Below are positions 49,102 through 58,179 of a DNA stretch of 64,000 nucleotides, piece by piece; the first letter of the stretch is position 1; every line of letters begins with the position of its first letter. A model generated the notes under the pieces. It was not told the DNA's origin, made no database searches, and worked only from the letters and a program-made list of their open reading frames with translations. The translations under genes were made by a program, and so were the position numbers. The DNA is from an uncultured Verrucomicrobiae bacterium. GTDB lineage: Bacteria > Verrucomicrobiota > Verrucomicrobiia > Limisphaerales > Palsa-1400. The stretch spans positions 704,001 through 768,000 of the forward strand of contig CAVXRD010000001.1 of assembly GCA_963764165.1 (NCBI GenBank). Direction: 5' to 3'.

Positions 49102-50426
49102 CACCGTATCAGCGCCTGCGCGCAAAGATTGCTGATGGCTTCCTCGCCGTTGATCACCCTGAAATCAATTCGCTGGGCCAGCAGCATCCCTGCCCAATCC
49201 GGCGGGCGCGCCCAATCCGGCACCGCGTCCATTTCCATCGAAACGACGATGGCTGTCACCAACAAGCCGCGCCGCGCCACATTGCCAAGCGCGGCGGCGA
49301 TTTGCGGCGTCACCGTGCCAAGAACGGCCACAACGGTTGTGTCTCGGGAAATGTTGTGCGCGGCCTCATTGAGCATCGCGTCGAAATCCAATCCATCCGT
49401 CAACTCCAGCCGGGCCAGCGCCGTCATGATTTTCGCCAAATGATCCTCGCCGCGCCGCGCTTCCAGAATCACGGGGCGCAGGCGCGTGTTTTCCGCAGGT
49501 TCCGCGGCGCGGGCGCGGGCGTCGCTGCGGGTCAGGAAATTCGCGCTCCAGCCTTCTTCGCGAATTCGATCCGCGGCATCGCGCCCGTTGGAAACGAATC
49601 CCATTTGCTGTCCCATCAAGCAAACCGCATTGGCCAGTGAAGCGACCGTCATCGCCGCCAATTCCGCCGAGCCGACCGCCATCGGGCCAGAATAATTTTG
49701 CGAGTGGAAATCAAGAATGAATGTTGCTCCGGCGACGCAGGAACTTTCGTATTCGCGGCTCTGCAATTGGCCAGTTCGGGCAGTGGCGCGCCAATGAATT
49801 CGATTCAGCGGATCGCCATGTTGATAGTTGCGAACTCCGGCGATGCGCGTGGGATCCTCAAACAGCCGGTGCGCCAGGCGAATCTCTCCGATGGGACGGC
49901 GCGATGAAAGATTGTAGCCTTCAAGCGAAACGAGTTTCGGAGGCACCTCGATAAACGCCGGTTCGGTCATCACGCGAAAGCGGCGGTGCAAGCCGAACAC
50001 ATCGCCCGTTTCCACCAACAGCGGGCCGAGTTGATAATAGCCGCGCATCAAAAATTCGACCTTGTAGGACAGCACTTTCGTTTCGCCGGGCGCCAAGCGC
50101 GCGACGGCGAGACGTCCGCCTTCGGCCTTGATGTGATGCGGTGTTTGCGTCAGCGCATCGCGGGAAAGCGCATCTTCCAAAAGCACCCACGGAACCGCCA
50201 CGCTGCCGGTGTTGCGAATTGCCACTTTGACCTCCACGCTCTGGCCGATTTCCAGCGCCTCGTCGCCAGTGAACCGCCGCACCTCGACGCAATTGGTCCA
50301 AAGACGCGTGAAGACGCGGTTCAACAGCAGCACGCCCAGCAGCACATACATCGCGTAGACAAGGAGGCTGAGTTGGAAAACCAGCCCCAGCGCCAGCAAG
50401 GCGATTGTGCCGGCAATCCATTTCAT
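49101..50426 (-). CDS. DUF58 domain protein
   Basis: RGYYQLGP, GDVFGL, GVRNYQHGDPLNRIHWRATARTG. Confidence 0.92.
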   Translation of the reverse strand: MKWIAGTIALLALGLVFQLSLLVYAMYVLLGVLLLNRVFTRLWTNCVEVRRFTGDEALEIGQSVEVKVAIRNTGSVAVPWVLLEDALSRDALTQTPHHIKAEGGRLAVARLAPGETKVLSYKVEFLMRGYYQLGPLLVETGDVFGLHRRFRVMTEPAFIEVPPKLVSLEGYNLSSRRPIGEIRLAHRLFEDPTRIAGVRNYQHGDPLNRIHWRATARTGQLQSREYESSCVAGATFILDFHSQNYSGPMAVGSAELAAMTVASLANAVCLMGQQMGFVSNGRDAADRIREEGWSANFLTRSDARARAAEPAENTRLRPVILEARRGEDHLAKIMTALARLELTDGLDFDAMLNEAAHNISRDTTVVAVLGTVTPQIAAALGNVARRGLLVTAIVVSMEMDAVPDWARPPDWAGMLLAQRIDFRVINGEEAISNLCAQALIR

Positions 50427-51550
50427 CGCTTGACAGTTACTTGCGGTACCGCCACGGAATTCAAGACTTCGTCCAGCACCTTCGTCGTCGTCCGTTTTCG
50501 GAGCCGGCTTTCCGGGCGCATGATCATGCGATGGCCAAGCACATGGTAGAAAATATGTTTGACGTCATCGGGAACCACAAAGTCGAAGCCGTTGATGGCC
50601 GCGTAGGATTGCGCCGCGTGCAGCAGCGCCATCGAAGCGCGGGGGCTTCCGCCAAGCGAAAGATCCGGATGATCGCGGGTGGCCTGGATCAATTGCACGA
50701 TGTAGCGGCTGACTTTCTCGTCGCAATGAACGTCGCGCACCGCCTTCTGGCAATCGATGATTTCCTGGGCGCTGGCGACGGCCTCAAGGTCTTCAATCGG
50801 ATGGTGGCGCTGCAATCGCAGGAGCATGGCAATTTCGGATTCCGCCGACGGATAGCCGAGGCTCAAGCGCATGAGGAAGCGATCCAATTGCGCTTCCGGC
50901 AGCGGAAAGGTCCCCTCGTGGTCAATGGGATTTTGCGTTGCGATAATGAAAAACGGCGGGGATAAATCGTAATTGATCCCATCGGCGGTGATCTTTCGCT
51001 CCGCCATCGCCTCCAGCAAAGCGGATTGCGCGCGCGGTGTGGCGCGATTGATTTCATCCGCCAGCACAATTTGCGCGAAGAGCGGCCCCTGGCGAAACTC
51101 GAAGTCCGCCGTCTTCGGATTGAAAATGGAGCTGCCGGTCATGTCGTTTGGAAGCAAATCGGGCGTGCATTGGATGCGTTTGAATTTGCACCCGAGGCTT
51201 CGCGCCAGCGCGCGTGCCAGCATCGTTTTGGCGACGCCCGGCACGTCCTCCAGCAGCACATGCCCTTCGGCCAGGAACGCCACCAGCGTCAAGAGGATTT
51301 CCTGCCGTTTGCCAACGATCACCTTTTCGATGTTCTCGATGAGCCGCCTGGCCAGCGGAGCTGCGGGGATGGTTGAAACCTCGCGCTCCGAGGGGTCCTT
51401 CTGTTTGGGAATGCGAATGGAACTTTCTGATGGCGCCGGGGCGTCAAGACGAGTTTTTGCGCCGCAGCCCGGGCACGCCACCATTTTCCCGGCCAATTCC
51501 GCCGGGAATTCAATGTGCTGGCCGCAGGCGGCGCAGGTGCTTTTCGACAT
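50423..51550 (-). CDS. MoxR-family AAA+ ATPase with an N-terminal zinc ribbon
   Basis: CAACG...CPGCG; HVLLEDVPGVAKT, RIQCTPDLLP, LADEINRA, ATQNPI, PLPEAQLDRF. Confidence 0.93.
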   Translation of the reverse strand: MSKSTCAACGQHIEFPAELAGKMVACPGCGAKTRLDAPAPSESSIRIPKQKDPSEREVSTIPAAPLARRLIENIEKVIVGKRQEILLTLVAFLAEGHVLLEDVPGVAKTMLARALARSLGCKFKRIQCTPDLLPNDMTGSSIFNPKTADFEFRQGPLFAQIVLADEINRATPRAQSALLEAMAERKITADGINYDLSPPFFIIATQNPIDHEGTFPLPEAQLDRFLMRLSLGYPSAESEIAMLLRLQRHHPIEDLEAVASAQEIIDCQKAVRDVHCDEKVSRYIVQLIQATRDHPDLSLGGSPRASMALLHAAQSYAAINGFDFVVPDDVKHIFYHVLGHRMIMRPESRLRKRTTTKVLDEVLNSVAVPQVTVKR

Positions 51551-51583
51551 GGCTGGCATAAATGAGGCTAAAAAATGAAGTTC

Positions 51584-51687
51584 GGCTGGGCGAGGCTCCC
51601 GCCGAGTCGTCCCATCATTCCCATTATTCCCATGGGTCCCATCTTCATGGCAGGAAGGGGACGGCTCGGCAGGAGCCTCGCCCTACC
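51584..51687. repeat. REPIN-like inverted repeat, family A variant with TCCCAT spacer
   Basis: GGCTGGGCGAGGCTCCCGCCGAGTCGT ... ACGGCTCGGCAGGAGCCTCGCCCTACC. Confidence 0.75.
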
Positions 51688-51860
51688 CTGCACTGTTGGC
51701 AATTTGTGTCTCATGCCAATTCGACAGGACAAGGGCAGCGGCGTGTCAAATTTTTGGCGGGCTTGAGAGGACAACAAAATTGAGTGCGCCCAGCGGCGCC
51801 GGAAGAAGGGCGCGCTGGAATTGTCCGGCGCGCTGGAAAGCAATGGCAATTTCCAGGCCG

Positions 51861-52103
51861 TTATTTCGGCGAGGTGTCGGTGTGAATCACCGCGCCCGGA
51901 ACAACCAGAACACCGGGAGTGGGAAGGGTCGGCGACGTTGGAACTTCGCTGATTTTAGCCAGTTCGCGCGGCGTTAGATTTGGAACGGGCTCGGGAACCA
52001 TGTCGTAAGTATAGGAGTACTCACTTGTCCCTCCGAAGGGGTTGTGGCCTGCGCAACCGGCGGCCGCCAGAACCGTCACCAAGAGCAGCAGTTTTAATTT
52101 CAT
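51861..52103 (-). CDS. Small hypothetical lipoprotein
   Basis: MKLKLLLLVTVLAAAGC lipobox. Confidence 0.75.
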   Translation of the reverse strand: MKLKLLLLVTVLAAAGCAGHNPFGGTSEYSYTYDMVPEPVPNLTPRELAKISEVPTSPTLPTPGVLVVPGAVIHTDTSPK

Positions 52104-52189
52104 ATAATATGTGTCGGGGCGATATTCTCTTGACGCAATAAGTTTTGCGCTGATTCAGCCATAAGGGAAACACTTAACCAAGCGTCCTG

Positions 52190-53692
52190 TCAAGCGTTAC
52201 GCGCCCGCCCCCCCGCCCATTGCCGGATGCGCCCCACCTGCTCCTCCATTGTTTTGGCCAGCGGAACAGTTTGCGCGAGCGCGGCCAAAATATCGGCGGT
52301 AGTCAAATCCCGCCGGGCGTAAAAGGCGTCGTACAACGCGCTGTTAATTGCTTCCTCAATCTCCGCTCCGCTGAAGTCAGGACTGGCAGTGGCGCAGGCC
52401 ACGATGTCGAAAGCAGCCGGCTCCCGGCGGCGCTTGGCGATGTGAATGCGGAAAATTTCCGCCCGCTCCTCCACCGACGGCAGGTCAACAAAAAAGATTT
52501 CGTCCAGGCGGCCCTTGCGCAGAAGTTCCGGCGGCAATTGGGAAATATCATTGGCCGTGGCCACCACAAAAACCGGCGCCGTTTTTTCCGAAAGCCAGGT
52601 CAGGAATGTTCCAAAAACCCGCGCCGTTGTTCCGCCATCGGCCACGGCCGAACCCTGCGAGCCCGAAAATGCCTTGTCGATTTCGTCCACCCACAAAATG
52701 GCGGGCGCCACGGATTCAGCCACCGCAATGGCCCGCCGAACGTTCTCCTCCGAGGAGCCAATGAGGCTGCCAAACATCCGCCCCATATCGAACCGAAGCA
52801 GCGGAAGCTGCCATTGCGTCGAGACCGCTTTTGCGCAGAGGCTTTTTCCGCAGCCCTGCACTCCCAAAATCAAAATCCCCTTCGGCGCGGGCAATCCGAA
52901 GGCGCGCGCCTCTTCGGTAAATGCGGTGGAGCGTTTGTTCAGCCAATCTTTCAATGCCGCCAGGCCGCCGACCTGCTGAAAATCCTCGGTTGCCGCGCAA
53001 TACTCCAGCAAACCGCTTTTTCGGACGATCTGCTGTTTCTCCGCCAGCACCTCCGGGACATCCGCGCCGGAAAGCCCGTTCCCTTTGACAATGATCTTGG
53101 CGAAGACATTTTCCGCCTCACTTTCTGTCAAACCCAAAGCCGCCTGCAGCAATTTTTGCCGGTCGTCCTGGCCAAGTTCAATTGCGACCCGCTTTGCCCG
53201 CTCCACCTCAGTGATGATTCTATCGAGCAGCGCGTTTAAATCCTCGCGGTTCGGGAGGGGAAAACTGAGAACCGTAATCTCCTTCTCCAGCTCCACCGGC
53301 ATTTCCAGAACAGGCGCGAGGATGACGATGGTTTTGAAACTGTCCTTCAGGTGCAGCGCAATGTCCTTCACCCGCCGGACCACACTCGTATTTCCCCGCG
53401 CCAGAAAAGAATGAAAATCCTTGAACACGAACAGCGCGGGTTCGACTTGCTCGACCACCATGTCCAGCGCGGCCACGGGATCTTTCGTCGCGGGATGGCG
53501 GGCTTTCTGCGATTGAATGGAGGCGCCCGCCGGAACCAGCCCGGAGGTGCAAGTCCACTCGAACACTTTCTTCCGGCGATTGGCCGCGACCGCATGCACC
53601 GCTTCCTGCGCGCGCATTTCTTCGGAAGTTACAATGTAAAGAATCGGGTAGCGGGCGCGGACGAGCAATTCCAGTTCGTCTTGAAAATTCAT
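52190..53692 (-). CDS. Ycf46-like AAA+ ATPase
   Basis: [61 protein letters not shown]. Confidence 0.9.
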   Translation of the reverse strand: MNFQDELELLVRARYPILYIVTSEEMRAQEAVHAVAANRRKKVFEWTCTSGLVPAGASIQSQKARHPATKDPVAALDMVVEQVEPALFVFKDFHSFLARGNTSVVRRVKDIALHLKDSFKTIVILAPVLEMPVELEKEITVLSFPLPNREDLNALLDRIITEVERAKRVAIELGQDDRQKLLQAALGLTESEAENVFAKIIVKGNGLSGADVPEVLAEKQQIVRKSGLLEYCAATEDFQQVGGLAALKDWLNKRSTAFTEEARAFGLPAPKGILILGVQGCGKSLCAKAVSTQWQLPLLRFDMGRMFGSLIGSSEENVRRAIAVAESVAPAILWVDEIDKAFSGSQGSAVADGGTTARVFGTFLTWLSEKTAPVFVVATANDISQLPPELLRKGRLDEIFFVDLPSVEERAEIFRIHIAKRRREPAAFDIVACATASPDFSGAEIEEAINSALYDAFYARRDLTTADILAALAQTVPLAKTMEEQVGRIRQWAGGRARNA

Positions 53693-53711
53693 CGGCGCGG
53701 CGGCGAATTTG

Positions 53712-53930
53712 TCAACCAAACAGCTTGCGCCACCATGGCGTTTTCGGCGGCGGTGATTGCGCGATGGATTTGCCCAGGCGCCGCGCGATGCCCGGCGGGA
53801 CGCTCGTCAGCGAAGCGTCATGCCGCAGCAGTTCCTCGGGGCCAGGGAACTCGATCGGCCCGGACTTTCCCTTTGATTGCGAGCCGGAGGTTTCTTCATT
53901 TCCGCCGGTCCAAAATTGATTTGATTTCAT
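53712..53930 (-). CDS. Small hypothetical protein (possible ECF partner)
   Basis: Starts 1 nt after the ECF stop; EELLRHDA...VPP...PWWRKLFG. Confidence 0.7.
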   Translation of the reverse strand: MKSNQFWTGGNEETSGSQSKGKSGPIEFPGPEELLRHDASLTSVPPGIARRLGKSIAQSPPPKTPWWRKLFG

Positions 53931-53931
53931 G

Positions 53932-54501
53932 TTACTCCGTTTTTGCAAAAAGGGCGCCAAAGGCTTTGCGGGCGCGAAACAATTTTCCCCGCACCGCATC
54001 AGCCGACTGCCCGGTCAGCGCCCCCGCATCGGCATAACTTAACTCCTGATCGCTCACAAGCAATAGCAAGAGGCGGTATTCGTCGGGCAATCCATCGAGC
54101 GTTTTTTGGATGCGCGCGCCCAGCTCCTTTGTTTCCAGTATTCGCAGCGGCGACTCGCTGGCAGGCTGGCGTTCGAAAAAGCCCTCGTCATCGCGGAGGG
54201 AGATATTGCGTTCGTGCCAGGTCGACCGCATGTTTTTGCAATGATTGATGGCGATGCGATAAAGCCAGGTGCGGGCCGAAGCATCGCCGCGAAATTTGTC
54301 CAAGTTGCGCAGGGCTTTGAGGAAGACATCGTGGGTGGCGTCCTCGGCCTTCTGGGCGTCACCGAGAAAACGCAACGCCAGATAATAGATCGCCTTGCTG
54401 TGTTCGGTGTAAAGCGCGCTTAACGCCGCAGGCAGCAGGCTTGGATCCGGCGCCAGCGGAGCCGTCTGTTCCGCGCAAACCTCGTTCATGGCTAATTCCA
54501 T
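53932..54501 (-). CDS. ECF RNA polymerase sigma factor
   Basis: AEDATHDVFLKA, FRGDASARTWLYRIAINHC, LSY...VRGKLFRAR. Confidence 0.92.
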   Translation of the reverse strand: MELAMNEVCAEQTAPLAPDPSLLPAALSALYTEHSKAIYYLALRFLGDAQKAEDATHDVFLKALRNLDKFRGDASARTWLYRIAINHCKNMRSTWHERNISLRDDEGFFERQPASESPLRILETKELGARIQKTLDGLPDEYRLLLLLVSDQELSYADAGALTGQSADAVRGKLFRARKAFGALFAKTE

Positions 54502-54548
54502 CAACGATTAGACAGCACCACCGCCGCGTTGTCACGCGCGATCAGAAA

Positions 54549-54714
54549 GGCAGGGACGCCTCGCCGAGGCGTCCGGGGACGTGGCAGTTTGCAGGCGTCT
54601 AAACCCGCGCAGAGATCAGGTCAGACTAAAAGACGTTTCCTGCGGAGCCTTTGAGAAGAAGATCACGCTTGCAAAACGCCACCGCCCCGGACGCCTCGGC
54701 GAGGCGTCCCTGCC
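54549..54714. repeat. REPIN-like inverted repeat, family C
   Basis: Perfect 30-bp arms GGCAGGGACGCCTCGCCGAGGCGTCCGGGG; single arms at 58084-58110 and (degenerate) ~8529-8556. Confidence 0.85.
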
Positions 54715-54722
54715 CGCAAAAA

Positions 54723-56936
54723 TCAACGAACCCGCACCAAAACCCGCAGTCGTTTGAATGCATACGTGTCTGCATTGCCCGCAAATGTCCAATCCGGCGC
54801 ATCGGACGGACGATTGCCAATTCCCAGATCGGCATGGCCGCCCTCTCGCCAATGATTAAACGCAAACAGCGTTTGGCGGGCGTCGTGATTGTGGACTTGC
54901 ATGGAGCCATAACCGTCCTGCGGCTCTGTGGGCTGGTCGCCGAAATCGAAAATGTCACCGGATGCGTTAGGAACTCCAGACGTGTTCGCCTGAGCGTAAT
55001 TGTTCGGCCAGAATTCAATATTGCCGCCCGGCAAATCGATCCCCTGCTCGATTCCCTTCACATTTGAGACAATGTTCATATGCTTGACGTTCTCCTGGAA
55101 AAAAGCCCCAGACTGAAGCGTCGGCACGCCGATTTTCGAAAGATCGTGCGTGAACGCCTCCATTGAGACGTAAACGTATTCCGATTGGCCGGCGGCCTTT
55201 TGCAACTCGAGAAAATAGGCGATGCGGTCAAACGGCGCGTTGATGTTCTTATGATTGTCGACGTCGTATTCGATTTTTCCGCCCGCCTTCCCGATGTCCA
55301 AATCGTAAACCAGCTTGTATTCGTGCGATTCAGGAACCTTGCTCGCGAGGAGATCGCGTTTGGGGATCGAGCCGACACGAAATGCGCCCGCTGGCAATCC
55401 TGCGCCGTTCACCAGGTTTGGCTCCGCCAGCATGCTCCACGCAAAACGCATCGCCACCGGGTGATGCACCTCGGGAGACGACAAAACGACACTCGATCCC
55501 TCAATGCGCGCGTCCGCCTTGACGAACCCGCCCTCATCGGCGTCGACGATCTCGAACCAATTCAGCGGTTTTCCGTCACGGCTGGCCAATCCGGCGGCAT
55601 GATCGAAATGCACCCGCATCTCGCCGCCCTCGATGTCAAGTGAGCGGTAGGCCGGGCCCGACGAATCAAAGCCGGTGCGGCCATAAGTATTGGCAAGGGC
55701 CAGCAAGGCGAGGCGATTGCCGACGACCTGTTTGTTTTTCGGATGAATATCGCGAAGATCGCCGACATCGTTGATCACGGCCATTCCCGCGTGGGGAATT
55801 TCGCGGGCCGCCGCCGCCTGCGCCTCCCACAATTCCGGCTCTTTATCGGGGTCGCCGCCGTAGTTGAACGGCGCAATTTGGACAAAATAAAATGGGAATT
55901 CGCCTTCGTGCCAAACTTCGCGCCAGCCGTGGACAAGCGCCTTCATGTGCTCGGTGTAACGCGCGCCTTCGCCAAGATTCGATTCGCCCTGATACCAAAT
56001 CGCGCCGCGAAAGGAGATTGGCACGAAGGGATGAATCGAGCCGTTGTAGAGGGCCGTCGCATTTTGGAGATCATGCGGCGCGAGAAGCTCGTTGGGAAAA
56101 CCGGGCATCGGCGGAACGACAGAACGCTCTTCCATCGCGTGGTGCGCGGCCCGGAGCCATTCCTCGGTTTTTTCGAGCGCCTCGCCAAGGCGGTGCTGAT
56201 GGATATCCGTCGCCGGGTTTGCCATTTCCACCGCTTCAAATTCATTCCGCAATGCTGGGATGGCCGCGAACCCTTGCGGCGGCGTCCAAGATTCGATTCT
56301 CGTGCCGCCCCAGCTCGTCTCAATCAATCCAATCGGAACACCCAATTCGCGATCCAGCACACGGCCAAAATAATAGGCCGCCGCCGAAAAGCCGCCCCAC
56401 CCGCCTTCCGCCACGGTTTTCGGATTGCACTGGGCCCAGGCGCCCTCCACGTCGCGTTTGGGGGTTGGCGACCATTCGCGTTTGTTCAGGAACAGGCGGA
56501 TGCCGGGGTGATTCGCCTCGGCAATTTCCTTTTGCGCGTCGCGCGCCATGCCGATGCCCATTTCCATGTTCGATTGCCCCGAGCAAATCCACACTTCGCC
56601 AATCAGGACGTCGTCAAATACAACTTCGCTTGAGCCTGAAACTTTCATCGCGTGCGGGCCACCGGCGGCCATCGGCGGCAGTTCCACTTTCCATTCGCCG
56701 CGCTCGTTTGCGACCGCCTGGGCGGAGGCGCCGCCGAGCGTTACGCGGACCGTTTCATTCGGCGCGGCCCAGCCCCAGATTTTAATCGGCATGTCCCGCT
56801 GAAGAACCATGTGGCTGGAGAAAAAATGCGGCAGGCGCACCTCAGCGCGGGCTCCCGGCGCAAGCGCGGCGCAGCACAAGAATGCCAGCAAAAACAAGCG
56901 CGCGGAGGGAATTCTCGAAATTCGATTGATATTCAT
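54723..56936 (-). CDS. Secreted sialate O-acetylesterase family protein with an extra C-terminal domain
   Basis: MVLQR, GEVWICSGQSNM, FSAAAYYFG, WGGTRIESW, WYQGESN, DIHPKNK. Confidence 0.92.
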   Translation of the reverse strand: MNINRISRIPSARLFLLAFLCCAALAPGARAEVRLPHFFSSHMVLQRDMPIKIWGWAAPNETVRVTLGGASAQAVANERGEWKVELPPMAAGGPHAMKVSGSSEVVFDDVLIGEVWICSGQSNMEMGIGMARDAQKEIAEANHPGIRLFLNKREWSPTPKRDVEGAWAQCNPKTVAEGGWGGFSAAAYYFGRVLDRELGVPIGLIETSWGGTRIESWTPPQGFAAIPALRNEFEAVEMANPATDIHQHRLGEALEKTEEWLRAAHHAMEERSVVPPMPGFPNELLAPHDLQNATALYNGSIHPFVPISFRGAIWYQGESNLGEGARYTEHMKALVHGWREVWHEGEFPFYFVQIAPFNYGGDPDKEPELWEAQAAAAREIPHAGMAVINDVGDLRDIHPKNKQVVGNRLALLALANTYGRTGFDSSGPAYRSLDIEGGEMRVHFDHAAGLASRDGKPLNWFEIVDADEGGFVKADARIEGSSVVLSSPEVHHPVAMRFAWSMLAEPNLVNGAGLPAGAFRVGSIPKRDLLASKVPESHEYKLVYDLDIGKAGGKIEYDVDNHKNINAPFDRIAYFLELQKAAGQSEYVYVSMEAFTHDLSKIGVPTLQSGAFFQENVKHMNIVSNVKGIEQGIDLPGGNIEFWPNNYAQANTSGVPNASGDIFDFGDQPTEPQDGYGSMQVHNHDARQTLFAFNHWREGGHADLGIGNRPSDAPDWTFAGNADTYAFKRLRVLVRVR

Positions 56937-57005
56937 AGGAAAAATCTAAGGTCGAAGAGTCCCGACGCCAAGTCAAGGGAAAGGCCGCAATTTCGCAAAC
57001 ACCGA

Positions 57006-57163
57006 TGCAGGACAGAATTCTTCATCCCGCGTTGTTTCCCAGCGTCGTAGGCGCTTCGGTGGTCCTGGATTTTCCCGCGCGCCTGGCAATTCTTCCCGCG
57101 TCTGTCCATTTCCTAGATACTCTAACGGGGGAAACAATCCTTAATGAAGAATTTTGTCCTGCA
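57006..57163. repeat. Inverted-repeat element
   Basis: TGCAGGACAGAATTCTTCAT ... ATGAAGAATTTTGTCCTGCA (19 of 20 complementary). Confidence 0.7.
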
Positions 57164-57311
57164 CTCGAGAACACAGTTCCGTGGAGGGCGGGAAAGTTTT
57201 AGCAAAAGGAAACAAAGGCAACGAAAGAATCCAAAACTTGTCAGGCTCTTCGAAATCCTTCGTCCCCTTATGTTAGTATTTCCCGCAAATATTTCGTTGC
57301 CGTGGTGAAGG

Positions 57312-57998
57312 TCAACGCCAGCGCCGCCAGCGTCCGCCTTCGCGGCGAAAGGCCGGGCCGCCATGAACCCACCCGCCGTGAAACCAAATTCCACCGGGGT
57401 AAGGCGGCAGAGCCCAGCGCCCAGGCGTCCAAACCCAGCCGCCCCTCCAAACCCAATCGCCATCCACCCACACATAATCCGTCCCGGGCGCGGGGGGCGG
57501 CGTTTCCACTTGTGGCGGTGGAGGAGGCGTCTGCGCGCCCGTGGCGGCGCCGGGGCTGCCGGGAGGTGGAACCTGCGGCGAAGACGATGCGGAAGCGGCC
57601 TCCGCGCTCGGCGTCGTGATCATGACATCGACGACCGCGTCGGGCACGCCGGATTGCTTCAGATCGATGATCTCGTTCGCGTTCAAATAATAGACCGAGT
57701 GCGAATTTCGAATCTGCTCATTGATGACCTCCGGCGGAAACGCCAATTTCGCCATCAGTTTCACGTCCGGAACCGTCAAGGGCTGGTCAACCTGCACCCG
57801 GTGCGCCGTATCCGGCGAAGCCTGACGGAGCTTGTTCAGTTGTTCGGGTGTAAACACGGCGACGGGCGCGGGCGCGGAATACGCCACCGGAGGAGGCGCG
57901 GTGGCGGGCGCAGGCGCAGGGCTCGAACAACCCGCGATAAGGGCGCCTGCCGCTCCAGTCAAAATCACAGTTCCGAAAAATCGACTTCCAGTGAACAT
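57312..57998 (-). CDS. Pro-rich lipoprotein with YXWGXW-like repeats
   Basis: Lipobox IAGC; EIIDLKQSGVPDAVV; YVWVDGDW, WVWTPGRW, IWFHGGW. Confidence 0.8.
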   Translation of the reverse strand: MFTGSRFFGTVILTGAAGALIAGCSSPAPAPATAPPPVAYSAPAPVAVFTPEQLNKLRQASPDTAHRVQVDQPLTVPDVKLMAKLAFPPEVINEQIRNSHSVYYLNANEIIDLKQSGVPDAVVDVMITTPSAEAASASSSPQVPPPGSPGAATGAQTPPPPPQVETPPPAPGTDYVWVDGDWVWRGGWVWTPGRWALPPYPGGIWFHGGWVHGGPAFRREGGRWRRWR

Positions 57999-58179
57999 AA
58001 TAGTTTTCACGTAACAAATGTACACTGGAGAGCCGTCCGCGCAACCCCCCTCCCTACGCAGGGCAAACACATCTTAATTCCAAGGGACGCCTCGGCGAGG
58101 CGTCCCTGCCAATCAGCGAGCCTGGCGCTCGTTGATTTTCAAAGAATTACAATAATTTAGATGCGTCTGCCCTGCCTCC

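Noticed and set aside
51700..51730. Possible sigma-54 promoter (TTGGCA motifs), also near 59955
   Set aside because: No GC dinucleotide at the required -12 spacing.
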